Below, one piece after another: positions 52,800 to 64,000 of a stretch of DNA of 64,000 bases. The stretch lies in the NCBI GenBank assembly GCA_051362555.1, contig JBPQGU010000013.1:434001-498000 (forward strand). The letters run 5' to 3'. The notes below the pieces were generated by a model. The model worked only from the letters and a program-made list of their open reading frames with translations. It was not told the DNA's origin and made no database searches. Positions within the stretch are counted from its first letter, which is position 1, and every line of letters begins with the position of its first letter. The DNA is from Lingula anatina. Lineage: Eukaryota; Animalia; Brachiopoda. The translations under genes were made by a program, and so were the position numbers.

Positions 52800-55020
52800 A
52801 CTCTGTCTCTCCCCCCCCCCCCCTCTCAGATTCTGTTCTCAGAGCTTATTTTTGGATCATCTTTAAAGCTAGAATTGGGGGCCTTGATGAAGTGACCCGG
52901 GCGCGTTTCCACATTTTTTATGAATGACAGGTGTGGTAGATTGATTTTCGTCACTTTTTGGAAAAATCGGAGACGGGTCGATTTTTGGTGATTTTGAGTG
53001 ATTTTGAACAGTGCCGGCACTGTGAGATTTCTTCAATTTTGGCCAGGTAGGGATGAAAATTTTTTTTCTTCATTATAGTGTCAGGTAGGTGTGTTCGGTC
53101 ATTTGTAGTAAGAATAAAGTGCTGGAAGAGTGGTGGTGTCAACATTAAGGAAGAAATAAAGCAAAAACTCTGTCTCTCCCCCCCCCCCTCTCAGATTCTG
53201 TTCTCAGAGCTTATTTTTGGATCATCTTTAAAGCTAGAATTGGGGGCCTTGATGAAGTGACCCGGGCGCGTTTCCACATTTTTTATGAATGACAGGTGTG
53301 GTAGATTGATTTTCCTCACTTTTTGGAAAAATCGGAGACGGGTCGATTTTTGGTGATTTTGAGTGATTTTGAACAGTGCCGGCACTGTGAGATTTCTTCA
53401 ATTTTGGCCAGGTAGGGATGAAAATTTTTTTTCTTCATTATAGTGTCAGGTAGGTGTGTTCGGTCATTTGTAGTAAGAATAAAGTGCTGGAAGAGTGGTG
53501 GTGTCAACATTAAGGAAGAAATAGAGCAAAAACTCTGTCTCTCCCCCCCCCCCCCCCTCTCAGATTCTGTTCTCAGAGCTTATTTTTGGATCATCTTTTA
53601 AGCTAGAATTGGGGGCCTTGATGAAGTGACCCGGGCGCGTTTCCACATTTTTTATGAATGACAGGTGTGGTAGATTGATTTTCGTCACTTTTTGGAAAAA
53701 TTGGAGACGGGTCGATTTTTGGTGATTTTGAGTGATTTTGAACAGTGCCGGCACTGTGAGATTTCTTCAATTTTGGCCAGGGAGGGATGAAAATTTTTTT
53801 TCTTCATTATAGTGTCAGGTAGGTGTGTTCGGTCATTTGTAGTAAGAATAAAGTGCTGGAAGAGTGGTGGTGTCAACATTAAGGAAGAAATAGAGCAAAA
53901 ACTCTGTCTCTCCCCCCCCCCCCCCCTCTCAGATTCTGTTCTCAGAGCTTATTTTTGGATCATCTTTAAAGCTAGAATTGGGGGCCTTGATGAAGTGACC
54001 CGGGCGCGTTTCCACATTTTTTATGAATGACAGGTGTGGTAGATTGATTTTCGTCACTTTTTGGAAAAATCGGAGACGGGTCGATTTTTGGTGATTTTGA
54101 GTGATTTTGAACAGTGCCGGCACTGTGAGATTTCTTCAATTTTGGCCAGGTAGGGATGAAAATTTTTTTTCTTCATTATAGTGTCAGGTAGGTGTGTTCG
54201 GTCATTTGTAGTAAGAATAAAGTGCTGGAAGAGTGGTGGTGTCAACATTAAGGAAGAAATAAAGCAAAAACTCTGTCTCTCCCCCCCCCCCCTCTCAGAT
54301 TCTGTTCTCAGAGCTTATTTTTGGATCATCTTTAAAGCTAGAATTGGGGGCCTTGATGAAGTGACCCGGGCGCGTTTCCACATTTTTTATGAATGACAGG
54401 TGTGGTAGATTGATTTTCCTCACTTTTTGGAAAAATCGGAGACGGGTCGATTTTTGGTGATTTTGAGTGATTTTGAACAGTGCCGGCACTGTGAGATTTC
54501 TTCAATTTTGGCCAGGTAGGGATGAAAATTTTTTTTCTTCATTATAGTGTCAGGTAGGTGTGTTCGGTCATTTGTAGTAAGAATAAAGTGCTGGAAGAGT
54601 GGTGGTGTCAACATTAAGGAAGAAATAGAGCAAAAACTCTGTCTCTCCCCCCCCCCCCCCTCTCAGATTCTGTTCTCAGAGCTTATTTTTGGATCATCTT
54701 TTAAGCTAGAATTGGGGGCCTTGATGAAGTGACCCGGGCGCGTTTCCACATTTTTTATGAATGACAGGTGTGGTAGATTGATTTTCGTCACTTTTTGGAA
54801 AAATTGGAGACGGGTCGATTTTTGGTGATTTTGAGTGATTTTGAACAGTGCCGGCACTGTGAGATTTCTTCAATTTTGGCCAGGGAGGGATGAAAATTTT
54901 TTTTCTTCATTATAGTGTCAGGTAGGTGTGTTCGGTCATTTGTAGTAAGAATAAAGTGCTGGAAGAGTGGTGGTGTCAACATTAAGGAAGAAATAGAGCA
55001 AAAACTCTGTCTCTCCCCCC
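52800..55020 (+). repeat. Tandem duplication of a 3-monomer block (period ~1,103 bp)
   Basis: ATAAAGC, A-type CCTCAC, CTTTTAAG, AAATTGG and CAGGGAGG variants repeat 1,103-1,104 bp apart (ORF starts 53191/54295, 53560/54663). Confidence 0.85.
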
Positions 55021-58000
55021 CCCCCTCTCAGATTCTGTTCTCAGAGCTTATTTTTGGATCATCTTTAAAGCTAGAATTGGGGGCCTTGATGAAGTGACCC
55101 GGGCGCGTTTCCACATTTTTTATGAATGACAGGTGTGGTAGATTGATTTTCGTCACTTTTTGGAAAAATTGGAGACGGGTCGATTTTTGGTGATTTTGAG
55201 TGATTTTGAACAGTGCCGGCACTGTGAGATTTCTTCAATTTTGGCCAGGTAGGGATGAAAATTTTTTTTCTTCATTATAGTGTCAGGTAGGTGTGTTCGG
55301 TCATTTGTAGTAAGAATAAAGTGCTGGAAGAGTGGTGGTGTCAACATTAAGGAAGAAATAGAGCAAAAACTCTGTCTCTCCCCCCCCCCCCTCTCAGATT
55401 CTGTTCTCAGAGCTTATTTTTGGATCATCTTTAAAGCTAGAATTGGGGGCCTTGATGAAGTGACCCGGGCGCTTTTCCACATTTTTTATGAATGACAGGT
55501 GTGGTAGATTGATTTTCGTCACTTTTTGGAAAAATCGGAGACGGGTCGATTTTTGGTGATTTTGAGTGATTTTGAACAGTGCCGGCACTGTGAGATTTTT
55601 TCAATTTTGGCCAGGTAGGGATGAAAATTTTTTTTCTACATTATAGTGTCAGGTAGGTGTGTTCAGTCATTTGTAGTAAGAATAAAGTGCTGGAAGAGTG
55701 GTGGTGTCAACATTAAGGAAGAAATAGAGCAAAAACTCTGTCTCTCCCCCCCCCTCTCAGATTCTGTTCTCAGAGCTTATTTTTGGATCATCTTTAAAGC
55801 TAGAATTGGGGGCCTTGATGAAGTGACCCGGGCGCGTTTCCACATTTTTTATGAATGACAGGTGTGGTAGATTGATTTTCGTCACTTTTTGGAAAAATCG
55901 GAGACGTGTCGATTTTTGGTGATTTTGATTGATTTTGAACAGTGCCGGCACTGTGAGATTTCTTCAATTTTGGCCAGGTAGGGATGAAAATTTTTTTTTC
56001 TTCATTATAGTGTCAGGTAGGTGTGTTCGGTCATTTGTAGTAAGAATAAAGTGCTGGAAGAGTGGTGGTGTCAACATTAAGGAAGAAATAGAGCAAAAAC
56101 TCTGTCTCTCCCCCCCCCCCCCCCTCAGATTCTGTTCTCAGAGCTTATTTTTGGATCATCTTTAAAGCTAGAATTGGGGGCCTTGATGAAGTGACCCGGA
56201 CGCGTTTCCACATTTTTTATGAATGACAGGTGTGGTAGATTGATTTTCGTCACTTTTTGGAAAAATCGGAGACGGGTCGATTTTTGGTGATTTTGAGTGA
56301 TTTTGAACAGTGCCGGCACTGTGAGATTTCTTCAATTTTGGCCAGGTAGGGATGAAAATTTTTTTTCTTCATTATAGTGTCAGGTAGGTGTGTTCGGTCA
56401 TTTGTAGTAAGAATAAAGTGCTGGAAGAGTGGTGGTGTCAACATTAAGGAAGAAATAGAACAAAAACTCTGTCTCTCCCCCCCCCCTCTCAGATTCTGTT
56501 CTCAGAGCTTATTTTTGGATCATCTTTAAAGCTAGAATTGGGGGCCTTGATGAAGTGACCCGGGCGCGTTTCCACATTTTTTATGAATGACAGGTGTGGT
56601 AGATTGATTTTCGTCACTTTTTGGAAAAATCGGAGACGGGTTGATTTTTGGTGATTTTGAGTGATTTTGAACAGTGCCGGCACTGTGAGATTTCTTCAAT
56701 TTTGGCCAGGTAGGGATGAAAATTTTTTTTCTTCATTATAGTGTCAGGTAGGTGTGTTCGGTCATTTGTAGTAAGAATAAAGTGCTGGAAGAGTGGTGGT
56801 GTCAACATTAAGGAAGAAATAGAGCAAAAACTCTGTCTCTCCCCCCCCCCTCTCAGATTCTGTTCTCAGAGCTTATTTTTGGATCATCTTTAAAGCTAGA
56901 ATTGGGGGCCTTGATGAAGTGACCCGGGCGCGTTTCCACATTTTTTATGAATGACAGGTGTGGTAGATTGATTTTCGTCACTTTTTGGAAAAATTGGAGA
57001 CGGGTCGATTTTTGGTGATTTTGAGTGATTTTGAACAGTGCCGGCACTGTGAGATTTCTTCAATTTTGGCCAGGTAGGGATGAAAATTTTTTTTCTTCAT
57101 TATAGTGTCAGGTAGGTGTGTTCGGTCATTTATAGTAAGAATAAAGTGCTGGAAGAGTGGTGGTGTCAACATTAAGGAAGAAATAGAGCAAAAACTCTGT
57201 CTCTCCCCCCCCCCCTCTCAGATTCTGTTCTCAGAGCTTATTTTTGGATCATCTTTAAAGCTAGAATTGGGGGCCTTGATGAAGTGACCCGGGCGCTTTT
57301 CCACATTTTTTATGAATGACAGGTGTGGTAGATTGATTTTCGTCACTTTTTGGAAAAATCGGAGACGGGTCGATTTTTGGTGATTTTGAGTGATTTTGAA
57401 CAGTGCCGGCACTGTGAGATTTCTTCAATTTTGGCCAGGTAGGGATGAAAATTTTTTTTCTACATTATAGTGTCAGGTAGGTGTGTTCGGTCATTTGTAG
57501 TAAGAATAAAGTGCTGGAAGAGTGGTGGTGTCAACATTAAGGAAGAAATAGAGCAAAAACTCTGTCTCTCCCCCCCCCTCTCAGATTCTGTTCTCAGAGC
57601 TTATTTTTGGATCATCTTTAAAGCTAGAATTGGGGGCCTTGATGAAGTGACCCGGGCGCGTTTCCACATTTTTTATGAATGACAGGTGTGGTAGATTGAT
57701 TTTCGTCACTTTTTGGAAAAATCGGAGACGGGTCGATTTTTGGTGATTTTGAGTGATTTTGAACAGTGCCGGCACTGTGAGATTTCTTCAATTTTGGCCA
57801 GGTAGGGATGAAAATTTTTTTTCTTCATTATAGTGTCAGGTAGGTGTGTTCGGTCATTTGTAGTAAGAATAAAGTGCTGGAAGAGTGGTGGTGTCAACAT
57901 TAAGGAAGAAATAGAGCAAAAACTCTGTCTCTCCCCCCCCCCCCCTCTCAGATTCTGTTCTCAGAGCTTATTTTTGGATCATCTTTAAAGCTAGAATTGG

Positions 58001-58670
58001 GGGCCTTGATGAAGTGACCCGGACGCGTTTCCACATTTTTTATGAATGACAGGTGTGGTAGATTGATTTTCGTCACTTTTTGAAAAAATCGGAGACGGGT
58101 CGATTTTTGGTGATTTTGAGTGATTTTGAACAGTGCCGGCACTGTGAGATTTCTTCAATTTTGGCCAGGTAGGGATGAAAATTTTTTTTCTTCATTATAG
58201 TGTCAGGTAGGTGTGTTCGGTCATTTGTAGTAAGAATAAAGTGCTGGAAGAGTGGTGGTGTCAACATTAAGGAAGAAATAGAACAAAAACTCTGTCTCTC
58301 CCCCCCCCCTCTCAGATTCTGTTCTCAGAGCTTATTTTTGGATCATCTTTAAAGCTAGAATTGGGGGCCTTGATGAAGTGACCCGGGCGCGTTTCCACAT
58401 TTTTTATGAATGACAGGTGTGGTAGATTGATTTTCGTCACTTTTTGGAAAAATCGGAGACGGGTCGATTTTTGGTGATTTTGAGTGATTTTGAACAGTGC
58501 CGGCACTGTGAGATTTCTTCAATTTTGGCCAGGTAGGGATGAAAATTTTTTTTCTTCATTATGGTGTCAGGTAGGTGTGTTCGGTCATTTGTAGTAAGAA
58601 TAAAGTGCTGGAAGAGTGGTGGTGTCAACATTAAGGAAGAAATAGAGCAAAAACTCTGTCTCTCCCCCCC
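55020..58670 (+). repeat. Older, diverged tandem duplication of a 5-monomer block (period ~1,824 bp)
   Basis: Shared variants AAATTGG, GCGCTTTT, TCTACATT, CCCGGACG and AGAACAAAA recur 1,823-1,825 bp apart (ORF starts 55394/57218, 56125/57948). Each copy also has private changes. Confidence 0.8.
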
Positions 58671-61600
58671 CCTCTCAGATTCTCTTCTCAGAGCTTATTT
58701 TTGGATCATCTTTAAAGCTAGAATTGGGGGCCTTGATGAAGTGACCCGGGCGCGTTTCCACATTTTTTATGAATGACAGGTGTGGTAGATTGATTTTCGT
58801 CACTTTTTGGAAAAATCGGAGACGGGTCGATTTTTAGTGATTTTGAGTGATTTTGAACAGTGCCGGCACTGTGAGATTTCTTCAATTTTGGCCAGGTAGG
58901 GATGAAAATTTTTTTTCTTCATTATAGTGTCAGGTAGGTGTGTTCGGTCATTTGTAGTAAGAATAAAGTGCTGGAAGAGTGGTGGTGTCAACATTAAGGA
59001 AGAAATAGAGCAAAAACTCTGTCTCTCCCCCCCCCCCCTCTCAGATTCTGTTCTCAGAGCTTATTTTTGGATCATCTTTAAAGCTAGAATTGGGGGCCTT
59101 GATGAAGTGACCCGGACGCGTTTCCACATTTTTTATGAATGACAGGTGTGGTAGATTGATTTTCGTCACTTTTTGGAAAAATCGGAGACGGGTCGATTTT
59201 TGGTGATTTTGAGTGATTTTGAACAGTGCCGGCACTGTGAGATTTCTTCAATTTTGGCCAGGTAGGGATGAAAATTTTTTTTCTTCATTATAGTGTCAGG
59301 TAGGTGTGTTCGGTCATTTGTAGTAAGAATAAAGTGCTGGAAGAGTGGTGGTGTCAACATTAAGGAAGAAATAGAGCAAAAACTCTGTCTCTCCCCCCCC
59401 CCTCTCAGATTCTGTTCTCAGAGCTTATTTTTGGATCATCTTTAAAGCTAGAATTGGGGGCCTTGATGAAGTGACCCGGGCGCGTTTCCACATTTTTTAT
59501 GAATGACAGGTGTGGTAGATTGATTTTCGTCACTTTTTGGAAAAATCGGAGACGGGTCGATTTTTGGTGATTTTGAGTGATTTTGAACAGTGCCGGCACT
59601 GTGAGATTTCTTCAATTTTGGCCAGGTAGGAATGAAAATTTTTTTTCTTCATTATAGTGTCAGGTAGGTGTGTTCGGTCATTTGTAGTAAGAATAAAGTG
59701 CTGGAAGAGTGGTGGTGTCAACATTAAGGAAGAAATAGAGCAAAAACTCTGTCTCTCCCCCCCCCCTCTCAGATTCTGTTCTCAGAGCTTATTTTTGGAT
59801 CATCTTTTAAGCTAGAATTGGGGGCCTTGATGAAGTGACCCGGGCGCGTTTCCACATTTTTTATGAATGACAGGTGTGGTAGATTGATTTTCGTCACTTT
59901 TTGGAAAAATCGGAGACGGGTCGATTTTTGGTGATTTTGAGTGATTTTGAACAGTGCCGGCACTGTGAGATTTCTTCAATTTTGGCCAGGTAGGGATGAA
60001 AATTTTTTTTCTTCATTATAGTGTCAGGTAGGTGTGTTCGGTCATTTGTAGTAAGAATAAAGTGCTGGAAGAGTGGTGGTGTCAACATTAAGGAAGAAAT
60101 AGAGCAAAAACTCTGTCTCTCTTCCCCCCCTCTCAGATTCTGTTCTCAGAGCTTATTTTTGGATCATCTTTAAAGCTAGAATTGGGGGCCTTGATGAAGT
60201 GACCCGGGCGCGTTTCCACATTTTTTATGAATGACAGGTGTGGTAGATTGATTTTCCTCACTTTTTGGAAAAATTGGAGACGGGTCGATTTTTGGTGATT
60301 TTGAGTGATTTTGAACAGTGCCGGCACTGTTAGATTTCTTCAATTTTGGCCAGGTAGGGATGAAAATATTTTTTCTTCATTATAGTGTCAGGTAGGTGTG
60401 TTTGGTCATTTGTAGTAAGAATAAAGTGCTGGAAGAGTGGTGGTGTCAACATTAAGGAAGAAATAGAGCAAAAACTCTGTCTCTCCCCCCCCCCCCCCTC
60501 TCAGATTCTGTTCTCAGAGCTTATTTTTGGATCATCTTTAAAGCTAGAATTGGGGGCCTTGATGAAGTGACCCGGGCGCGTTTCTTCATTTTTTATGAAT
60601 GACAGGTGTGGTAGATTGATTTTCGTCACTTTTTGGAAAAATCGGAGGCGGGTCGATTTTTGGTGATTTTGAGTGATTTTGAACAGTGCCGGCACTGTGA
60701 GATTTCTTCAATTTTGGCCAGGTAGGGATGAAAATTTTTTTTCTTCATTATAGTGTCAGGTAGGTGTGTTCGGTCATTGTAGTAAGAATAAAGTGCTGGA
60801 AGAGTGGTGGTGTCAACAATAAGGAAGAAATAGAGCAAAAACTCTGTCTCTCCCCCCCCCCCTCTCAGATTCTGTTCTCAGAGCTTATTTTTGGATCATC
60901 TTTAAAGCTAGAATTGGGGGCCTTGATGAAGTGACCCGGGCGCGTTTCCATATTTTTTTGAATGACAGGTGTGGTAGATTGATTTTCGTCACTTTTTGGA
61001 AAAATCAGAGACGGGTCGATTTTTGGTGATTTTGAGTGATTTTGAACAGTGCCGGCACTGTGAGATTTCTTCAATTTTGGCCAGGTAGGGATGAAAATTT
61101 TTTTTCTTCATTATAGTGTCAGGTAGGTGTGTTCGGTCATTTGTAGTAAGAATAAAGTGCTGGAAGAGTGGTGGTGTCAACATTAAGGAAGAAATAGAGC
61201 AAAAACTCTGTCTCTCCCCCCCCCCCCTCTCAGATTCTGTTCTCAGAGCTTATTTTTGGATCATCTTTAAAGCTAGAATTGGGGGCCTTGATGAAGTGAC
61301 CCGGGCGCGTTTCCACATTTTTTATGAATGACAGGTGTGGTAGATTGATTTTCGTCACTTTTTGGAAAAATCGGAGACGGGTCGATTTTTGGTGATTTTG
61401 AGTGATTTTGAACAGTGCCGGCACTGTGAGATTTCTTCAATTTTGGCCAGGTAGGGATGAAATTTTTTTTTCTTCATTATAGTGTCAGGTAGGTGTGTTC
61501 GGTCATTTGTAGTAAGAATAAAGTGCTGGAAGAGTGGTGGTGTCAACATTAAGGAAGAAATAGAGCAAAAACTCTGTCTCTCCCCCCCCTCTCAGATTCT

Positions 61601-64000
61601 GTTCTCAGAGCTTATTTTTGGATCATCTTTAAAGCTAGAATTGGGGGCCTTGATGAAGTGACCCGGGCGCGTTTCCACATTTTTTATGAATGACAGGTGT
61701 GGTAGATTGATTTTCGTCACTTTTTGGAAAAATCGGAGACGGGTCGATTTTTGGTGATTTTGAGTGATTTTGAACAGTGCCGGCACTGTGAGATTTCTTC
61801 AATTTTGGCCAGGTAGGGATGAAAATTTTTTTTCTTCATTATAGTGTCAGGTAGGTGTGTTCGGTCATTTGTAGTAAGAATAAAGTGCTGGAAGAGTGGT
61901 GGTGTCAACATTAAGGAAGAAATAGAGCAAAAACTCTGTCTCTCCCCCCCCCCCTCTCAGATTCTGTTCTCAGAGCTTATTTTTGGATCATCTTTAAAGC
62001 TAGAATTGGGGGCCTTGATGAAGTGACCCGGGCGCGTTTCCACATTTTTTATGAATGACAGGTGTGGTAGATTGATTTTCGTCACTTTTTGGAAAAATCG
62101 GAGACGGGTCGATTTTTGGTGATTTTGAGTGATTTTGAACAGTGCCGGCACTGTGAGATTTCTTCAATTTTGGCCAGGTAGGTATGAAAATTTTTTTTCT
62201 TCATTATAGTGTCAGGTAGGTGTGTTCGGTCATTGTAGTAAGAATAAAGTGCTGGAAGAGTGGTGGTGTCAACATTAAGGAAGAAATAGAGCAAAAACTC
62301 TGTCTCTCCCCCCCACCCTCTCAGATTCTGTTCTCAGAGCTTATTTTTGGATCATCTTTAAAGTTAGAATTGGGGGCCTTGATGAAGTGACCCGGGCGCG
62401 TTTCCACATTTTTTATGAATGACAGGTGTGGTAGATTGATTTTCGTCACTTTTTGGAAAAATCGGAGACGGGTCGATTTTTGGTGATTTTGAGTGATTTT
62501 GAACAGTGCCGGCACTGTGAGATTTCTTCAGTTTTGGCCAGGGAGGGATGAAAATTTTTTTTCTTCATTATAGTGTCAGGTAGGTGTGTTCGGTCATTTG
62601 TAGTAAGAATAAAGTGCTGGAAGAGTGGTGGTGTCAACATTAAGGAAGAAATAGAGCAAAAACTCTGTCTCTCCCCCCCCCCCCTCTCAGATTCTGTTCT
62701 CAGAGCTAATTTTTGGATCATCTTTAAAGTTAGAATTGGGGGCCTTGATGAAGTGACCCGGGCGCGTTTCCACATTTTTTATGAATGACAGGTGTGGTAG
62801 ATTGATTTTCGTTACTTTTTGGAAAAATCGGAGACGGGTCGATTTTTGGTGATTTTGAGTGATTTTGAACAGTGCCGGCACTGTGAGATTTCTTCAATTT
62901 TGGCCAGGTAGGTATGAAAATTTTTTTTCTTCATTATAGTGTCAGGTAGGTGTGTTCGGTCATTTGTAGTAAGAATAAAGTGCTGGAAGAGTGGTGGTGT
63001 CAACATTAAGGAAGAAATAGAGCAAAAACTCTGTCTCTCCCCCCCCCCCCTCTCAGATTCTGTTCTCAGAGCTTATTTTTGGATCATCTTTAAAGCTAGA
63101 ATTGGGGGCCTTGATGAAGTGACCCGGGCGCGTTTCCACATTTTTTATGAATGACAGGTGTGGTAGATTGATTTTCGTCACTTTTTGGAAAAATCGGAGA
63201 CGGGTCGATTTTTGGTGATTTTGAGTGATTTTGAACAGTGCTGGCACTGTGAGATTTCTTCAATTTTGGCCAGGTAGGGATGAAAATTTTTTTTCTTCAT
63301 TATAGTGTCAGGTAGGTGTGTTCGGTCATTGTAGTAAGAATAAAGTGCTGGAAGAGTGGTGGTGTCAACATTAAGGAAGAAATAGAGCAAAAACTCTGTC
63401 TCTCCCCCCCCCCCCCCCTCTCAGATTCTGTTCTCAGAGCTTATTTTTGGATCATCTTTAAAGTTAGAATTGGGGGCCTTGATGAAGTGACCCGGGCGCG
63501 TTTCCACATTTTTTATGAATGACAGGTGTGGTAGATTGATTTTCGTCACTTTTTGGAAAAATCGGAGACGGGTCGATTTTTGGTGATTTTGAGTGATTTT
63601 GAACAGTGCCGGCACTGTGAGATTTCTTCAATTTTGGCCAGGTAGGGATGAAAATTTTTTTTCTTTATTATAGTGTCAGGTAGGTGTGTTCGGTCATTTG
63701 TAGTAAGAATAAAGTGCTGGAAGAGTGGTGGTGTCAACATTAAGGAAGAAATAGAGCAAAAACTCTGTCTCTCCCCCCCCCCCTCTCAGATTCTGTTCTC
63801 AGAGCTTATTTTTGGATCATCTTTAAAGCTAGAATTGGGGGCCTTGATGAAGTGACCCGGGCGCGTTTCCACATTTTTTATGAATGACAGGTGTGGTAGA
63901 TTGATTTTCGTCCCTTTTTGGAAAAATCGGAGACGGGTCGATTTTTGGTGATTTTGAGTGATTTTGAACAGTGCCGGCACTGTGAGATTTCTTCAATTTT

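Larger units (their letters stand above)
42092..64000 (+). repeat. ~363-365-bp tandem satellite array, right block (~60 monomers, mostly subfamily B: AAAAACTCTGTCTCT and TTTTCGTCAC)
   Basis: Same monomer and orientation, resuming in register at CCGGCACTGTGAG after the insertion. B-diagnostic variants first appear at 43334 and 43481. The array runs off the right edge. Confidence 0.99.

Noticed and set aside
49-63980. Hundreds of 60-145 aa ORFs (MPALFKITQ..., MLTPPLFQH..., MSGRCVRSF...)
   Set aside because: They are overlapping translations of the satellite monomer on both strands, freely broken or fused by C-tract indels and stops, with no recognisable domain.

Overview
This window is eukaryotic satellite DNA, probably from an invertebrate animal (inference), with no credible protein-coding or RNA gene. 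About 96% of it is a head-to-tail array of a ~363-bp monomer (~170 copies, one orientation). The hundreds of short ORFs in the track are translations of that monomer. The array is interrupted once, at 39516-42091, by a 2,576-bp non-coding DNA transposon. It has TGTA...TACA termini, a CCGG target-site duplication (TSD) and >1-kb foldback arms built from its own ~184-bp tandem repeat (6 units left, 5 inverted units right) around a ~365-bp unique core. TGT..ACA ends with a CCGG TSD match Ginger1 (Gypsy-integrase-like) DNA transposons, so this reads as a non-autonomous, satellite-carrying foldback Ginger1-like element. It sits in the exact centre of a 16-bp palindrome present in nearly every host monomer. 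The array also shows a near-invariant core, a divergence gradient, a subfamily switch near the insertion, nascent higher-order repeats, deletions at the palindrome and many CpG transitions. Coordinates were read by eye and duplication boundaries are approximate.
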